From assembly GCF_000150275.1 (NCBI RefSeq), contig NW_002060943.1:11718878-11782877 (forward strand): a stretch of 64,000 nt of DNA, read 5' to 3'. The notes beneath the pieces are model-generated. The model was not told where the DNA came from, searched no databases, and saw only the letters and a list, made by a program, of their open reading frames with translations. This stretch comes from Trichoplax adhaerens (lineage: Eukaryota; Animalia; Placozoa). Below, piece after piece: positions 11,416 through 34,409 of the stretch. The first letter of the stretch is position 1; each line of letters opens with the position of its first letter. Made by a program: the position numbers and the translations under genes.

Positions 11416-14400
11416 TTATGGTATATTAAGATAATAATACATTTCATTTTGGATGCAGTCGTCAGGTTTTCCAAATCGCAGCAAATTCATAATTTCGACA
11501 ATATAATCACTTGTAAAATCATTGTCAGTATTACTGTCTTGGTTAATATTGTTTAAACTTTGCTAGAAAACCATTTTGTAAATAGTACACGCTGCTTTGT
11601 ATAAACTTATCCTTTTCCTATTATTAAAATGCGGATAAAATAGTAAATTTATTGCTGAAAATGTTACAATCGTATAGCTATGCGATTTCACGTTCTGATA
11701 GCAAAGTCGTTATATTGAATCGGAGACATTTATCATTTACAAAATAGAACTTGTCTATGCAATAAATATGACCTAGATCCACTAGCAGTTAATTACTTTT
11801 TCACTTCCAGTTAAGATGGCACAATTTTAGTGATGGCACTTATTTCACGATGAAATATAAAGCAATGCATTTCTGTCTTGTACACTGAATAATATAGTTG
11901 ACCAAATATTAATCTCTTAAACTATCGATCTTAGCGTTCGCTAATTATGTGAACGAAAACTATAATGACTTAAGCTGCAATGAAAATTAATAAAATGTCC
12001 CATTACATGCATTGTGGTAGCTGTGCCATAAATATTACATGAGGATATCTGCCAAATTCCTAAGTCTGATCGGAATTATCACAATTTGATTTAAGGTAGT
12101 AAAGATTTCGAAGGCAAGGACTTTCCTACTCATATCCTTACATATTAGAAGTATGCATGACACGACTGTACTGTACGTAGATACGTAAAAGCTCTTTTCA
12201 ATGTATCCCATGTGATTCGAAAAAAAATTAATTGATTCTTTTATCCACATAGGCTGTCTATCAATAGACCTTGTAACTTTCGTTAATGATCTGGTTAAAG
12301 TGCGATGTAAAATGAATCGTGGGTATTAGTCTGGCGCCCCGGTCGCGTTGCTGACGGACCGTGAGCTGAATACTTTTGTGCAATAGAGTATTTCTATCCA
12401 CTTGCCGAAAGCCCAATACAGTATTGCGGTATAAACAATTAAAGTTATGGACACTTGGAGGATTTTAGCATTTATCAAATTTTATTATCCCATTCTAGAC
12501 AGCGTATTGAGCATACCTGGCGCTCCTAGACATGATTCGTTAAGGATACAATACATATTATTATAAAATGAATTATGGGTATTAGTGAACACATTACAAA
12601 TACGACGTACAGTAGAAACATAGCACGAATACAGTAATCAGCTACTATGCGTTAATATAATAAAGAGTAGCACAATTACAAGATATGTGGCCTGTTTTGT
12701 TCCCCTTGTACAGTATTTCTATTGCAATCATAACCGTTATTGACCTGATTAAAGAATTTCTTAATTCTAAATCTCTTCAGTATCGCCTCCAATACTTATT
12801 GTATGCATGCTTCAACTAATCTTATATGGGGTACTAGTAATTGCAGTTATAATTAATTATTTGAATATAAAATAAAAACATAGAGTACCGTGTGTATTTT
12901 TGGATGATTATAACTTATGAACACACAATATTCCAAAGTTACAGATGAAATATCGTGACTCACTAACATTATTATTTAAAGAATAAAATACAGTCAAATT
13001 TTATATCATTGTCAGAGAAGCTATTATGCATTTGATAAAAACGATTCTTTAAATCGATATCTTATGCTATAGACGACCAAAATTCAAGTACATCATTCTA
13101 TTGCTATAAATAAAATTGACCAATGCGCTAATTTGCATAGCTATTCAAAAGTTATGATTCTCTATACGCGTTGAACTTAGAAAATTGTGAGGATATGTAA
13201 ATTCAATTCAATGGTACTCAAATTAACTTACTGTAAAAACTACATATCTTGAGCCTCTCTTAGAACAGCAATCTGCCAAAGTATTGCATTCTTTCTTAGT
13301 CATCATCATTAAAGCTCTTAAAGTACCCGCGACACTGTTGTTTAAACTAGTACAAAGATGAAACTGAGATTGAATATGAGTAGCCATCAGAATGCTCAGT
13401 CTCTAGTTTTCTACCGAAAAAAAATTGTTAGAGTAATGTTAAGATAGCGATTGTATTTACGTAGATTGTTTAAGTTACATAATGAGTGACTCTAGTGACT
13501 TACAGTATAAATAGGAGTTATACCGATTTTATTTTACAGGATTAATGCGAAAGCCCTATGTTAAGGATTACTAAAATACCAATAAACCGTACATAAAAGA
13601 AGTCTCTGCTTATATTAACATTTTCCGAGAGTTGAATGACGGAAGTTAGTACGTATACAGTATATGCGTAAATGTAGACCTTAGTGAAATACTACATTGC
13701 TTATTGAGGGCATTACTGTATGTATACCAATTCAGCATTAAATGGTATAAATATCGGGTTACTGAGCAAACTATGAGATATCCCCCCCCCCAAAAAAAAA
13801 TCATTCAGTACGGTACACTCGTAAATTTCGGCAACGGATAATTTAATTGATAATTTATGTTACTACCATCCGACCTTCATCGATAATTAAATATTAATTA
13901 CCGTACCAAAGATTTCTTGTGAGATTTTGACTATTTCAAGGGTGATAAAGTCGAATTTATAGCCCACATTACTGATATTCCAACTGTTTTTATTTCTGTG
14001 TATAAAATAAAATGAATCCAATTTCCTTAAATAACAGTGTTTGTATTATAATAGGTCTTTCCAAACAAATGTCGCCAGTCAAATGAGTCGCCAGATTACC
14101 AAGGAATCTCGCTTGTTTGCCTGCCTGCACTTTCGGAAGTGATAGTAATAACATGTCAATATCATATAATTAATATAATCAGTAAGCTAGAAGGTTGAAG
14201 AGAGAGCACCGCCAATTTCTATATCCATGCTTTCGTAAAGGTGAGAGATTAGCAATGAAGTTTAGCTGCTGAACAAGGATCAAGAAATCTAACAGGTCTT
14301 GCAAATGCCAACGTTGCGACTAGGTGACGCGAGTAATAACTCTTTTTTATTTTATTGCAATCTCTAACGCGAGCAAAAACTACCGAGCATTTGTACAGTA

Positions 14401-14449
14401 CTAGAAACGTATAAATAGCGCAAATTGAGGGCAATCTGTTCATTTTCAC
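11416..14449 (-). pseudogene. Probable decayed, non-processed glypican-like pseudogene
   Basis: Collinear fragments resemble the glypican core. Signal peptide followed by DCNKIKKSY...DPC...HC*S (14449-14200); FLGNLATHLTGDICLER (~14110-14050); exon 13995-13902 GYKFDFITLEIVKISQEIFG (cf. YHFSEDYLECVSK...PFG); exon 13402-13232; ILYWAFGK...YCTKVFS...D*YPRFI...WIKESINFF (~12480-12039; cf. MLYCPYCR..YCLNVMKGC..EWNLFI..WLAEAINAL); exon from 11617 MVF*QSL (cf. DFWISL). In-frame stops at 14249-51, 14219-21, 12326-28 and 11563-65; several cysteines lost. Confidence 0.55.
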
Positions 14450-14822
14450 TACTTTGTAGTGATGATATCAATTTACACAACGCGTACGAATAGTCAGGAA
14501 CGGTATACTCGTATGTATTTATTTTGATATTGCGGTGGAAGATTTTATCAATTTTGCATATTTAAGAGGTCATCAATTTATTTCATGTGGGAATCAGAAA
14601 TTATAGGATCGATTACAGTAACGCTAATTTCAATTGATTCAAATGAATTTAGCCAGGTATGAATGTGCAGTTGATGTACAGAGAGGTTGGTCCAATTTTA
14701 TTGAACAACAACCAATTCTTTCTTTGCCACTTGAAGCTGCATTGGCTCATTTGGCGGATACCATACACGTTGAGATTTGAGTGTAGCTACTGTATTGGAG
14801 AGGAATAAGTGGCCTAATCGGT

Positions 14823-15767
14823 GTAGAGACTTTGCAAGTAAAGTAGATTACTGGGTAAACTTAGTAACCATGTGAAGCAATTGAATTTTCAATTTTTAAT
14901 TTTACACCCCTCTTTTCACAGCCCATTCCCAATGGTGAACATTGATTTGATTTTATAAATAGGTCTTCGTAGACTTGGTGGAATATTTCTGATGTTTTGT
15001 ACTGTACAGTAGACAAAGGTAGAGACTTTGCCATGCCCTAAAATAGAGTACTGGGTAATCTTACTAACAAGGTGAAGCAGTTTAATTTTCAATTTTCAAT
15101 GTTACACCCCTCTTTTCACAGCCCATTCCCAAGGGTGAGCATTGATTTGACTTTATAACCAGTTGATTTGATTTTATAACCAGGTCTTCGTAGACTTGAC
15201 GGAAAATTTCTGATGTTTTGTACTGTACAACAGACAAAGGTAGAGACTTTGCCAGTAAAATAGAGTACTGGGTAATCTTATTAACTAGGTGAAGCAGTTC
15301 AATTTTCAATGTTACACCCCTCTTTTCACACCCCATTCCCAAGGGTGAACATTGATTTGACTTTATAACCAGTTGATTTGATTTTATAACCAGGTCTTCG
15401 TAGACTTGATGGAATATTTCTGATGCTTTATACAGTACAGGTGACAAAGGTAGAGACTTTGCCAGTAAAATAGAGTACTGGGTAATCTTACTAACTAGGT
15501 GAAGCAGTTCAATTTTCAATTTTTAATGTTACACCCCTCTTTTCACAGCCCATTCCCAATGGTAAACATTAATTTGACTTTATAACCAGGTCTTCGTAGA
15601 CTTGATGGAAAATTTTTGATACTTTATACAGTACAGCAGACAAAGGTAGAGATTTTGCCAGTAAAATAGAGTACTGGGTGAACTTACTGACTAGGTAAAG
15701 CAATTCAATTTTCAATTTTCAATTTTACATCCCTCTTTTAACAGCCTATTCCCAATGGTGAACATTG
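14823..15767. repeat. Tandem array of ~196-217 bp units (~4.7 copies)
   Basis: Unit GTGAAGCA...TACACCCCTCTTTTCACAGCCCATTCCCAA.GGTGAACATTG...GGTCTTCGTAGACTTG...GACAAAGGTAGAGACTTTGCC...GAGTACTGGGTAA starts at 14872, 15072, 15289, 15499 and 15695; copies 2 and 3 carry an internal 21-bp duplication. Confidence 0.95.
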
Positions 15768-15769
15768 TA

Positions 15770-16330
15770 CGATCACGGTAGTCCCTGCTTGTCCAGTCCA
15801 GTATGTACAGTACACTGTACACTACAGTACAGTACTGTAGACAAAGGAGCATGTGCAATCCAGTACATTACTCTACCCACTCAAGCTGTGTATGACGGTC
15901 CCCAAATCAGAACTTGGAACTGACCTGTAAACTGTACGCACGGCAGGAAACCACTTGGGAAGATACGTACAGTACATATTGTACACCGTACTGTTCGGTG
16001 GAGAAGCAAAGGCTTCTTTTCCCCCCAAAATTCAGTAATGTACCGTGCTCAAATCAGTAAATAAACAAACAAATCAAAAAAGGCCTACTGTAATCGATGA
16101 TCAGAGTTTACAGTACTGTACTGTACACTGAAATTAAAATCAATGTGCTTTTCAGTTCTCTTTGTGACCCATTGTTGAAGAGGTAGCGTACAGTATGAAA
16201 AAACAACAACAACTTTCTGCATCCAACGTACAGTACAGTACAATACTGTATACTGTACTGTACAGTACATTATGTCACGGTCCATGTATTGTACACATAC
16301 TGTACAGTACTGTACTGTACTGGACTGTGG
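15770..16330. repeat. TACAG/CTGTA pentamer island upstream of KDM2
   Basis: Pentamer tracts at ~15800-15840, 16105-16130 and 16228-16325, ending ~270 bp upstream of the KDM2 ATG. Confidence 0.8.
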
Positions 16331-16600
16331 CGGGTGTCTTCCGTCCGTAGACTCAATGCATTGTGTGACAATTTGCGGCTGGTAAACAGTAGCAAAAAAT
16401 AAATTTCATGGTTTTATACTAAATTTCTAGGCGTTGAATTTTTTCCCATGCAGCAGTTGAAAGTGTTTTGATACTATTTCAATTTGTTGAAAAATTGGCC
16501 AATTTTCCTCCTTTTAATGACAGTGTATCGATCGATTTGAAGGTGGTTATCCTCTCCAGCACCTACAACCGTCAACAATAGACTTGTACCTGCTCATCCA

Positions 16601-26926
<10,326 letters not shown>

Positions 26927-29501
26927 AATTTTATGTCATTTACATTTAATTCCTTTACAACTAAAGATTATACACCTACAAAATCTCTTACCTTAATAGC
27001 TTCTTTAACTTGCAAAGGCATTAATACCGGAGCTATGAGTTCTTGTGATGCCTTAGTAATTACAATCTTGTAAGTGATTATTTGTCAACTGTTATAATAT
27101 TTATCCGTCTAAACAAACCCAAAACTAGGACTAAGCTAAATTATGAATGCAACAATCAATTTTTAAGAGTGTGCTGCTTTTATCGTAAAATGCATTCAGC
27201 TCGAACTTAACGTAGTTATCTTGTTTTATACTTCAGCAGAAGAAAGTTTATTTTTAAATTAAATTTCGATTATTATGTATCCTAGATTATAATTGAATGG
27301 TTAAAGTGATACTTACGCGTATTTTAGCCGTAGCTTCTTATCATACGCTTTGCAAGAGAATTGTATCTAGAATTACATCAAATGCTTGCACTTACTGTAT
27401 GTATAGAAGTAGAATTTAATGTAAATATTTATTAGCTAATGATAAAGTCGACCCTGTTTCTATTGGTTTGAATTTCTTACATTCTGCTAGTAGATAGAAA
27501 TTTTTTATTGACATAGAATATTGGATCGCTAGCTCGCTAGCTGTTCATTCATATAGATTATAAATTTTTTCTTTTGACATATTCTTTATACAGTATTTGC
27601 ATAATGAATTTAATTTTAGATTTCTATTTCCGAATGAATTTGTTCTGATTGTAAGCAATTTTGTCGCTTATGTAAGTGTTCTACTGTTCTCCAAGAATAA
27701 GTGCAGTAGTTTTTATATCAAGTTACATACGGCACAACAATTCTGAACTTCAAAATAAGTAATGGATATACAAATATTAAGATTCATAATTTGTAGCCTA
27801 CGTATACGCTATTTAAATACTTTAACTGTACAATATTGTCAACAAAGGAATATCATTATAGTTTCATATTCAATTATCGTACGTAAGCTTGTTCTTGAAC
27901 TTACTCAGTTTATATGATAAAAGATTTTACCATCTTTAAATTATTTCTGTATTGTTATTATGATGTACTGTAATTACTTAATTACCATCTACCGCAATAC
28001 TACAAAGCTATAAAGAAAATGCTAAAGTTGTAATTAAAGCAACATTAAGACAAATCGATTGATATTTAGCTGGTAAAAAATCTTGTATTCCTTTCTTATC
28101 CGAATTAACTGTAAAAACTAATGCTAATTTTGTAAAATCTATCGTCAGCGATAAAATGTTGCTGCTTTTGAATGTACTCCTTTTTAATTCCTTGATTATC
28201 TGACCATAAGATAACAGCCAAATGAAAAATTAATAAGATTTCGTAAATCGATATACAACAATTAAACCGCCAGCATCGAAAATAAAAAGAAAGGATTAAC
28301 TTTTACAGTTTCAAATTTTGAACACAGTACTTTACTCAATCACATAAATACAAGTAAAGAATATGCCTACATTAATTTCATTATCGTGAGCATTATGTCG
28401 TCGAAAATGAAATCTCATATTATCATACCGTATAGCGTAAAATGTATACTGCACATACCGTAGAAGACTGAATAATATTTCAATCCGTATATAGACAGTC
28501 AGAAATTCTTTAAAAATTTTAAGAAGTCCAAAGTTATATAATATAACATACCGTGATTATATAGTAAACAAGCAAAATTATTTATAGCAAACCTACTGTA
28601 GAGTAAATTATGATGAACGATAATAGCTGTAATATAAATAAAAAATCTTTACTTAACATATCTTGAGCGATCTTACAATATTAATGATTTTTATATCCCT
28701 TTACATAAATCATCATTACTCAAGACGTTTAAAGTATATTTATCGAATCCGTTACAAAAAAATAAATTAAGTTTCGTAAACTTACGGGATGGCCATTTAA
28801 AAAATTATTTCAATTATATTATCTTCTGATAGTGTCGACTTACTATTAAGAGTAAAAAATTTTCTAAGCAACGAACCGAACATTACCCTTTCTCTATTAT
28901 CCTTCTCATACTTTATTAAGCTTAGTTACTCGCTATAACATAAAACTGCCACAACAAGCCAAAATTTGGACACATAATTACCAAAGTATATCAATTTATC
29001 AATAAAATTTTTATCCTAAATCATTAGCAAAGATCTTCTCATAAACATACAACATATTACGCGTATTGCACTCTATAAGTCGCACTGTTTTAGCTAACTA
29101 ATTTAGACGTAGAACCGTTAGCATAGGCCATAGCAATCTAATAAAGTATTAAATATTACCATTAGACAATATAGAACAGCCAATGCTTAAGGTTTCCACT
29201 ATAAAGCCAAACTAAATCTCTCCTAAAATAGTCTATTTGCCTTTTAATAAATTATTCTATAGAGCATTATTCAAGAATTTAAGATTTACTTTTGCATTCA
29301 GTAAGTGAGTCAATTATAGTTACCCAACTTGAACGCATTATATAACTGCTGGTAAAAGCTAGTAATAATTTAATAAGACAGTTATGACTTAAGATCCTAG
29401 CTATAATATTAAAATCTCCTCAAATAGCTTGCACTCTGAATAACATGTCGTTAGGTGAGAATCTTTTCTTAATTACTATCTTCATGCCTATCGTACCTAT
29501 T

Positions 29502-30089
29502 TGTCACGGTACGCCGTTACTAATTAAGTAACTGTAAATTAATGAATGCTTATGAATAGATAAGATAAGGTTATGTGCTATGTTTTAATGCGCTTGTAGC
29601 TGATAATAGGATGGTAGAAATGAGATAAAAATAGAAGTTGTTAGCAGTTAATTTACTGTAGGTTTATAAGGTGTGTTAATCTCTAAAAATTGAGCTGTAT
29701 ATGGACGAAGGTTAAGCGTCTTAACACCTGATAGCTTGTAGCTATCTAAGTCTGAGAATATCGACATGTATATTTAGTAATGGTATTATACTAATTAATG
29801 TAACTTGTAAAGCATGAATTCTCACTCGTTAATATTGGAATTCACTGTAGAAACCTATTTAAGCGCGTGTGATTGTAGAATAAAGTAAGTAATTGCTCAA
29901 GAAACGGCAAGACTCATATCGTGAAGAATAGTGTAATAATTAGTCAGTTGTCTGTGGAGATCAGCCGAGAAAGCGAGTTCTCAAATACTTCTCTCATAGA
30001 AACTGAAAGTACTGGGAGAAATAGCCCAAGTTTTAAGTAACTACACTAGAGTTCTTTACTTTCCTTTGCCACAAGTGAGGGTTGTGACA
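29502..30089 (+). mobile_element. Solo LTR of an LTR retrotransposon (588 bp)
   Basis: Termini TGTCAC...GTGACA (6-bp inverted repeat, TG..CA) are flanked by an identical 5-bp TSD, CTATT (29497-29501 and 30090-30094). Internal TATA-like TATTTAA at 29856-29862 and AATAAA at 29879-29884. Confidence 0.85.
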
Positions 30090-31083
30090 CTATTCTATGT
30101 CCATGATAAATTAATTATCAGCATAAGTCTAGCTACCTAACCTTCTTAAACACCGTGAAACTACTAGCGTAAACAAGAATAAATTTGATGAACGTAAGCT
30201 ATATTTTAACGTTAGTATTATAGATGCACGGTAGAACAATACTTATTCAAGATTCCAGTCATAATACCAAATCTTTCTTCTAGTCCCAAAAAAGAATTAA
30301 TGGTTTTTTACTTAGTATCATCTATATTATTAGCGGAGAATTTCTTCTTAATCCAACAGTATCTATGCACACTACATTATAACATTAGGACAAATCTAGC
30401 TACCTCTCTTGGATGTAGAATTATTACGTTATAGAAAGAATTAATCTAATAATCATTCATTATTATACATCAATAACAATCATAGATTGCGCTTATTTCA
30501 AATCTCAGCTTTCGGACTTATCTTATTTAAAATAGTCTCTTTACTTATTAATAAACTGTAGCATATTGCTAGCGAAGCATATGTTTTCAATTTTAGTTTC
30601 AGTGTTCTATAAGCATTTAGAGTCATTTCCGTGGTGATTAACACTATTTATCTCTAGCCGACAGCTACTCTATTGCATGATGATTACATCAAAACCTAAT
30701 ATGATTTTATAATCATGAATCATCAGTCTATTATTACAGATAATGACTTGTATTCGTATTTTATCTTGATATTCAAATAAGATTGCAATAGGTAGTGAAG
30801 CCAAGGCATAATCGTTTCCGCCAGACTATTGTAATTCCTAATACAGCCAATCTGAATAATGATAACGAATTGATATCGCTGCCATAATAACTATTGATCA
30901 CTCCATCACTGATCAAAGTATTTTTTATCCCATTGAATCTTTTCTACATGTATTCTTTTAATTCCATTACAAGGCGTCATGTAATATAATGACTAGTAGC
31001 TTGTTAAGATCAATTAGAAAGCATCAACATCGACTCTTTGCCTTATTGTTAAGCCTTGAGTTAATAGTGGGATATTTGTTGAC

Positions 31084-31097
31084 GTTGCCATAACAAC
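31084..31097 (+). promoter_or_regulatory. RFX X-box, probable promoter of the downstream uncharacterised gene
   Basis: GTTGCCATAACAAC is a full match to GTHNYYATRRNAAC. It is followed by a candidate donor CAG|GTGAGC at 31337/31338 that could splice to the acceptor at 35380/35381 just before the ATG. Confidence 0.55.
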
Positions 31098-34000
31098 CTG
31101 AGCTTAACCCATCCATCATGATTAACATGTATGAGTAATGACTTTTCCATAATATAATTGATTGGATCCTATACTAAACGGTAGTCTTTATGTCATCTAT
31201 TTTTCAAGCTTCGATCACTTCCATATTAAAGAGAGTAAATTAGTTTCGTCGTCTTAGAAGGGAATGCAATCTTAACCTGAGAAGAATGGTTTGAAATTTT
31301 AACTACTTATCAATTAGCCAAATATTAGCTGCATCAGGTGAGCTGATATCTATCATGACGGATATATAGCCTGATCTATGATCCTTTAACTAGATATTGA
31401 GTAATAGAGTTTACCGTAAAATATCATATATTCTCCATTTTTTATATAATGTTTTACTATGATAGCGTAAAGAAAGAGATAACCTTCTACTGTCATTAAA
31501 TTGAAATTAAATTTCGTTTCCTAGTAAAGTTAAGATATAATACTTTAAGCTAAACCTGTGTGATACAAATGCGATTGATAAGTTACTCGTTTTATTCCAT
31601 ATTAACATGCAAAAGCAAATATAATCTCATTAATTTGACTTATTGAATCGTTATAATGCTTTATTTCAATTACAAAGTAGTATCATATATTTAGTCAAGC
31701 GTTAATAATCCTTGAAACTTGACATATTTTATACTGATGTATTTAAGTCATTATCCATTTAATTAAATCTCTTGTAGACGTATGATTGCAAAGTGAACAT
31801 AGTCTCATTACTTTGATCGTTTTAATCTCACTAATAATTTATTACTGTTATAATATCGTGCTTGTATCATAGAGTAGGTAATCTGTTCTGATGTTATAGT
31901 AAACTGATCTTGAAGGATGATACTGCAGATAAAGTCGTATTTGGACATTTTTCTATTTATAGGCTTGAGCTATCAATTATTTTTCAGGATACATATTTGT
32001 AACAGTAGACATTTTCTTAATTACTTGCGGATAATACTGCTATTAGCCATATTGATTTCTTGCAACCATAGTTGATATCATATTTAATACATAATCATAA
32101 TCTGAGTGATTTCTAACTCATAACATGTACCTTAGTAATACTCTTCGCAGAAAACATATTAACGCTAACGTTAAAACAACGAAAGAGATAAAGCAATAAT
32201 TTTGCATCATTGATTCCCATGTATTGTAGCGATCATACTATTACCGCTTGTAGTATTACGTTATTTATTGCAAAGTATCTTGCAGTTGAATAATAAATAA
32301 ATGATAGCACCTAAACTAGTCTATCTACTCTTATGGTTCTCCGACTAACTCCGGAAATCCTCATAAAAGATGAGCAAGTTCGCACTATATATAGTGATTC
32401 TCCTACGACATGAATCCAATATTCCTATTAAGTCGGCAATTGCCTAAGATATCATTTAATATGATAATCGATTTTACCTATTACTACAGATCCGTCGGTT
32501 GATTTATGAAATCACTTTTTATTCTTCTTCTGATGCTTGGAAGATTCTCATACTTTAAAATATGATCAATATGCTATCCTATAAGTTGGAGATAAGTACA
32601 GTACGATATTAAAGAGCTATACATGCTAATCGTGGACACTAAAGTTTGAATTCGCTGAATCCGTTGATATTTTTTATCTACTTGCTGATATTTTAAGAAA
32701 TCACTACTTTCAACTCATATTTAGCCACTTAGAAACTAAGCTATTTTATGAGCTTAAAATCATTATGAATAAGCTTAGGTATTACAATTATTCGAAAAAT
32801 TTAAAGGGTGCATCCACTTCGGATCAACTGATAAATAGCGATAGGTTCCTTAGCGAATTGTCAAAATCACTGCAGCTAATTTACTTCCAGCCGTTCAGAA
32901 GATAGTTTAAATGTAGTCCAAAGGCTATCTAACAATGTAAGAATGGTTTAGCTAATAACCTATCTAACTGTATAAATTAAGATTGGGTAGAGTAAACAGT
33001 TCCGGCATTATTCAAAGGCTTTAAAACTAATTTATTAAATCTATGACTAAATACTCAAGTTTTCAGTATTTAATTTACTGCCGGGCTATATGATAACCCT
33101 GAATACATGATGGAAACTCTACTCTAAACTAAGATTATTCTGTATAAGCCCCCATTTCATAATATTTTAAGCTTGTTCAATGTACAAAGCCAATCTATCA
33201 GACCAATTCTTCTGTCTTACATTAATTTTTTTACAAAATAAGAAGTTGCTTTATTATGATAGTGGCTTTAGGGTGAACTAACCTTTGCTTAAATTAAAGG
33301 ATAATTAATTATAAGTCTCATGTGTAACAAATAAGCAAATATTACTAATTCAATCTCTCCCTAAACTCATACATGAACAACTTAGTGAAAACTTGAGCTT
33401 GACATTTTTATTTTCTCAAATTTCCGAGATAATCTAGCAGGTCATCAATACAATTACGCGTTATAAACATTAAATTGCCTACACTATTACCAGCAAATCG
33501 TCGAAAATTAATTCGATTATACTCTAATAACTACTCTAATAATAGTCTTTTCAACTTATAGAGTAATACTACAATAGTTTGACTATCATTTTGGGAAACA
33601 ATGATTAAAATTTTAGAAATCTATCAGATGAAAATGAATAGAGCGATTGGCTCGAAATCAATGAATGTTGTCGTTTTATACCATCAGAGTAATGAAAATT
33701 ATCAAAAAATGAATCGTAGATGATTTTTCGTCCTAACTGAATTAATATTGAACTGTATAGAACATCGATTGATTATCTTATAGACTTGCTTTCGCCGTTA
33801 ATTCGATGGATATTTTCATGACATTCAGAAGCATCATTCAATTGCCTTAGCTAATAATACGACTAGCAACTATAACTCAGCATAGTAACTGTCCAGGACA
33901 TTATCATCAAACGTTATACTTTTATTCATAAAAGTGACAAAAAAGGAACCCCTTGTGTTAAACATTGAAAAAGCCTCTCTATGTTGCCTTTCGGAGGAAG

Positions 34001-34409
34001 TTTTTACATTCTGCTTATTGTCTATCGACGATCATTGGTAAACATTAGTTGCAAAACAGTCGCTTAAAAAGGACGTTTTAAATTTAACCTTTTACTCTAA
34101 AGGTTAACGCAATTTCCTTAAATAATTTTTACCCTAACCAATGTTCCGGATACTAAAATGTGAACCAAAAGTAGTTGAATGTACATTACTACTAACTAGT
34201 TTAATGGAAATTTTTAAACCAAGAGTAATATCTTATTACCTTTGAGTCTGATTTGATCTACACAGGTAAGCTTGAAGAACAGCTATCCGTTTAGATGTTA
34301 AATTATACTCAACAATCTCATCTTGGAATGCTAATGTAATCGACGTTAATCGTAAAAAATAGATATCTATTTTAATTAATTATTTTATTAATCCTGTACC
34401 GCAATCTCC

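Noticed and set aside
11563-11565. Programmed readthrough at TAG CAA in the minus-strand locus
   Set aside because: Several other in-frame stops and lost cysteines make pseudogenisation the simpler explanation.
15082-15519. 145-aa ORF as a real gene
   Set aside because: It lies wholly within the tandem array, has no ATG start, and neighbouring units are frameshifted.
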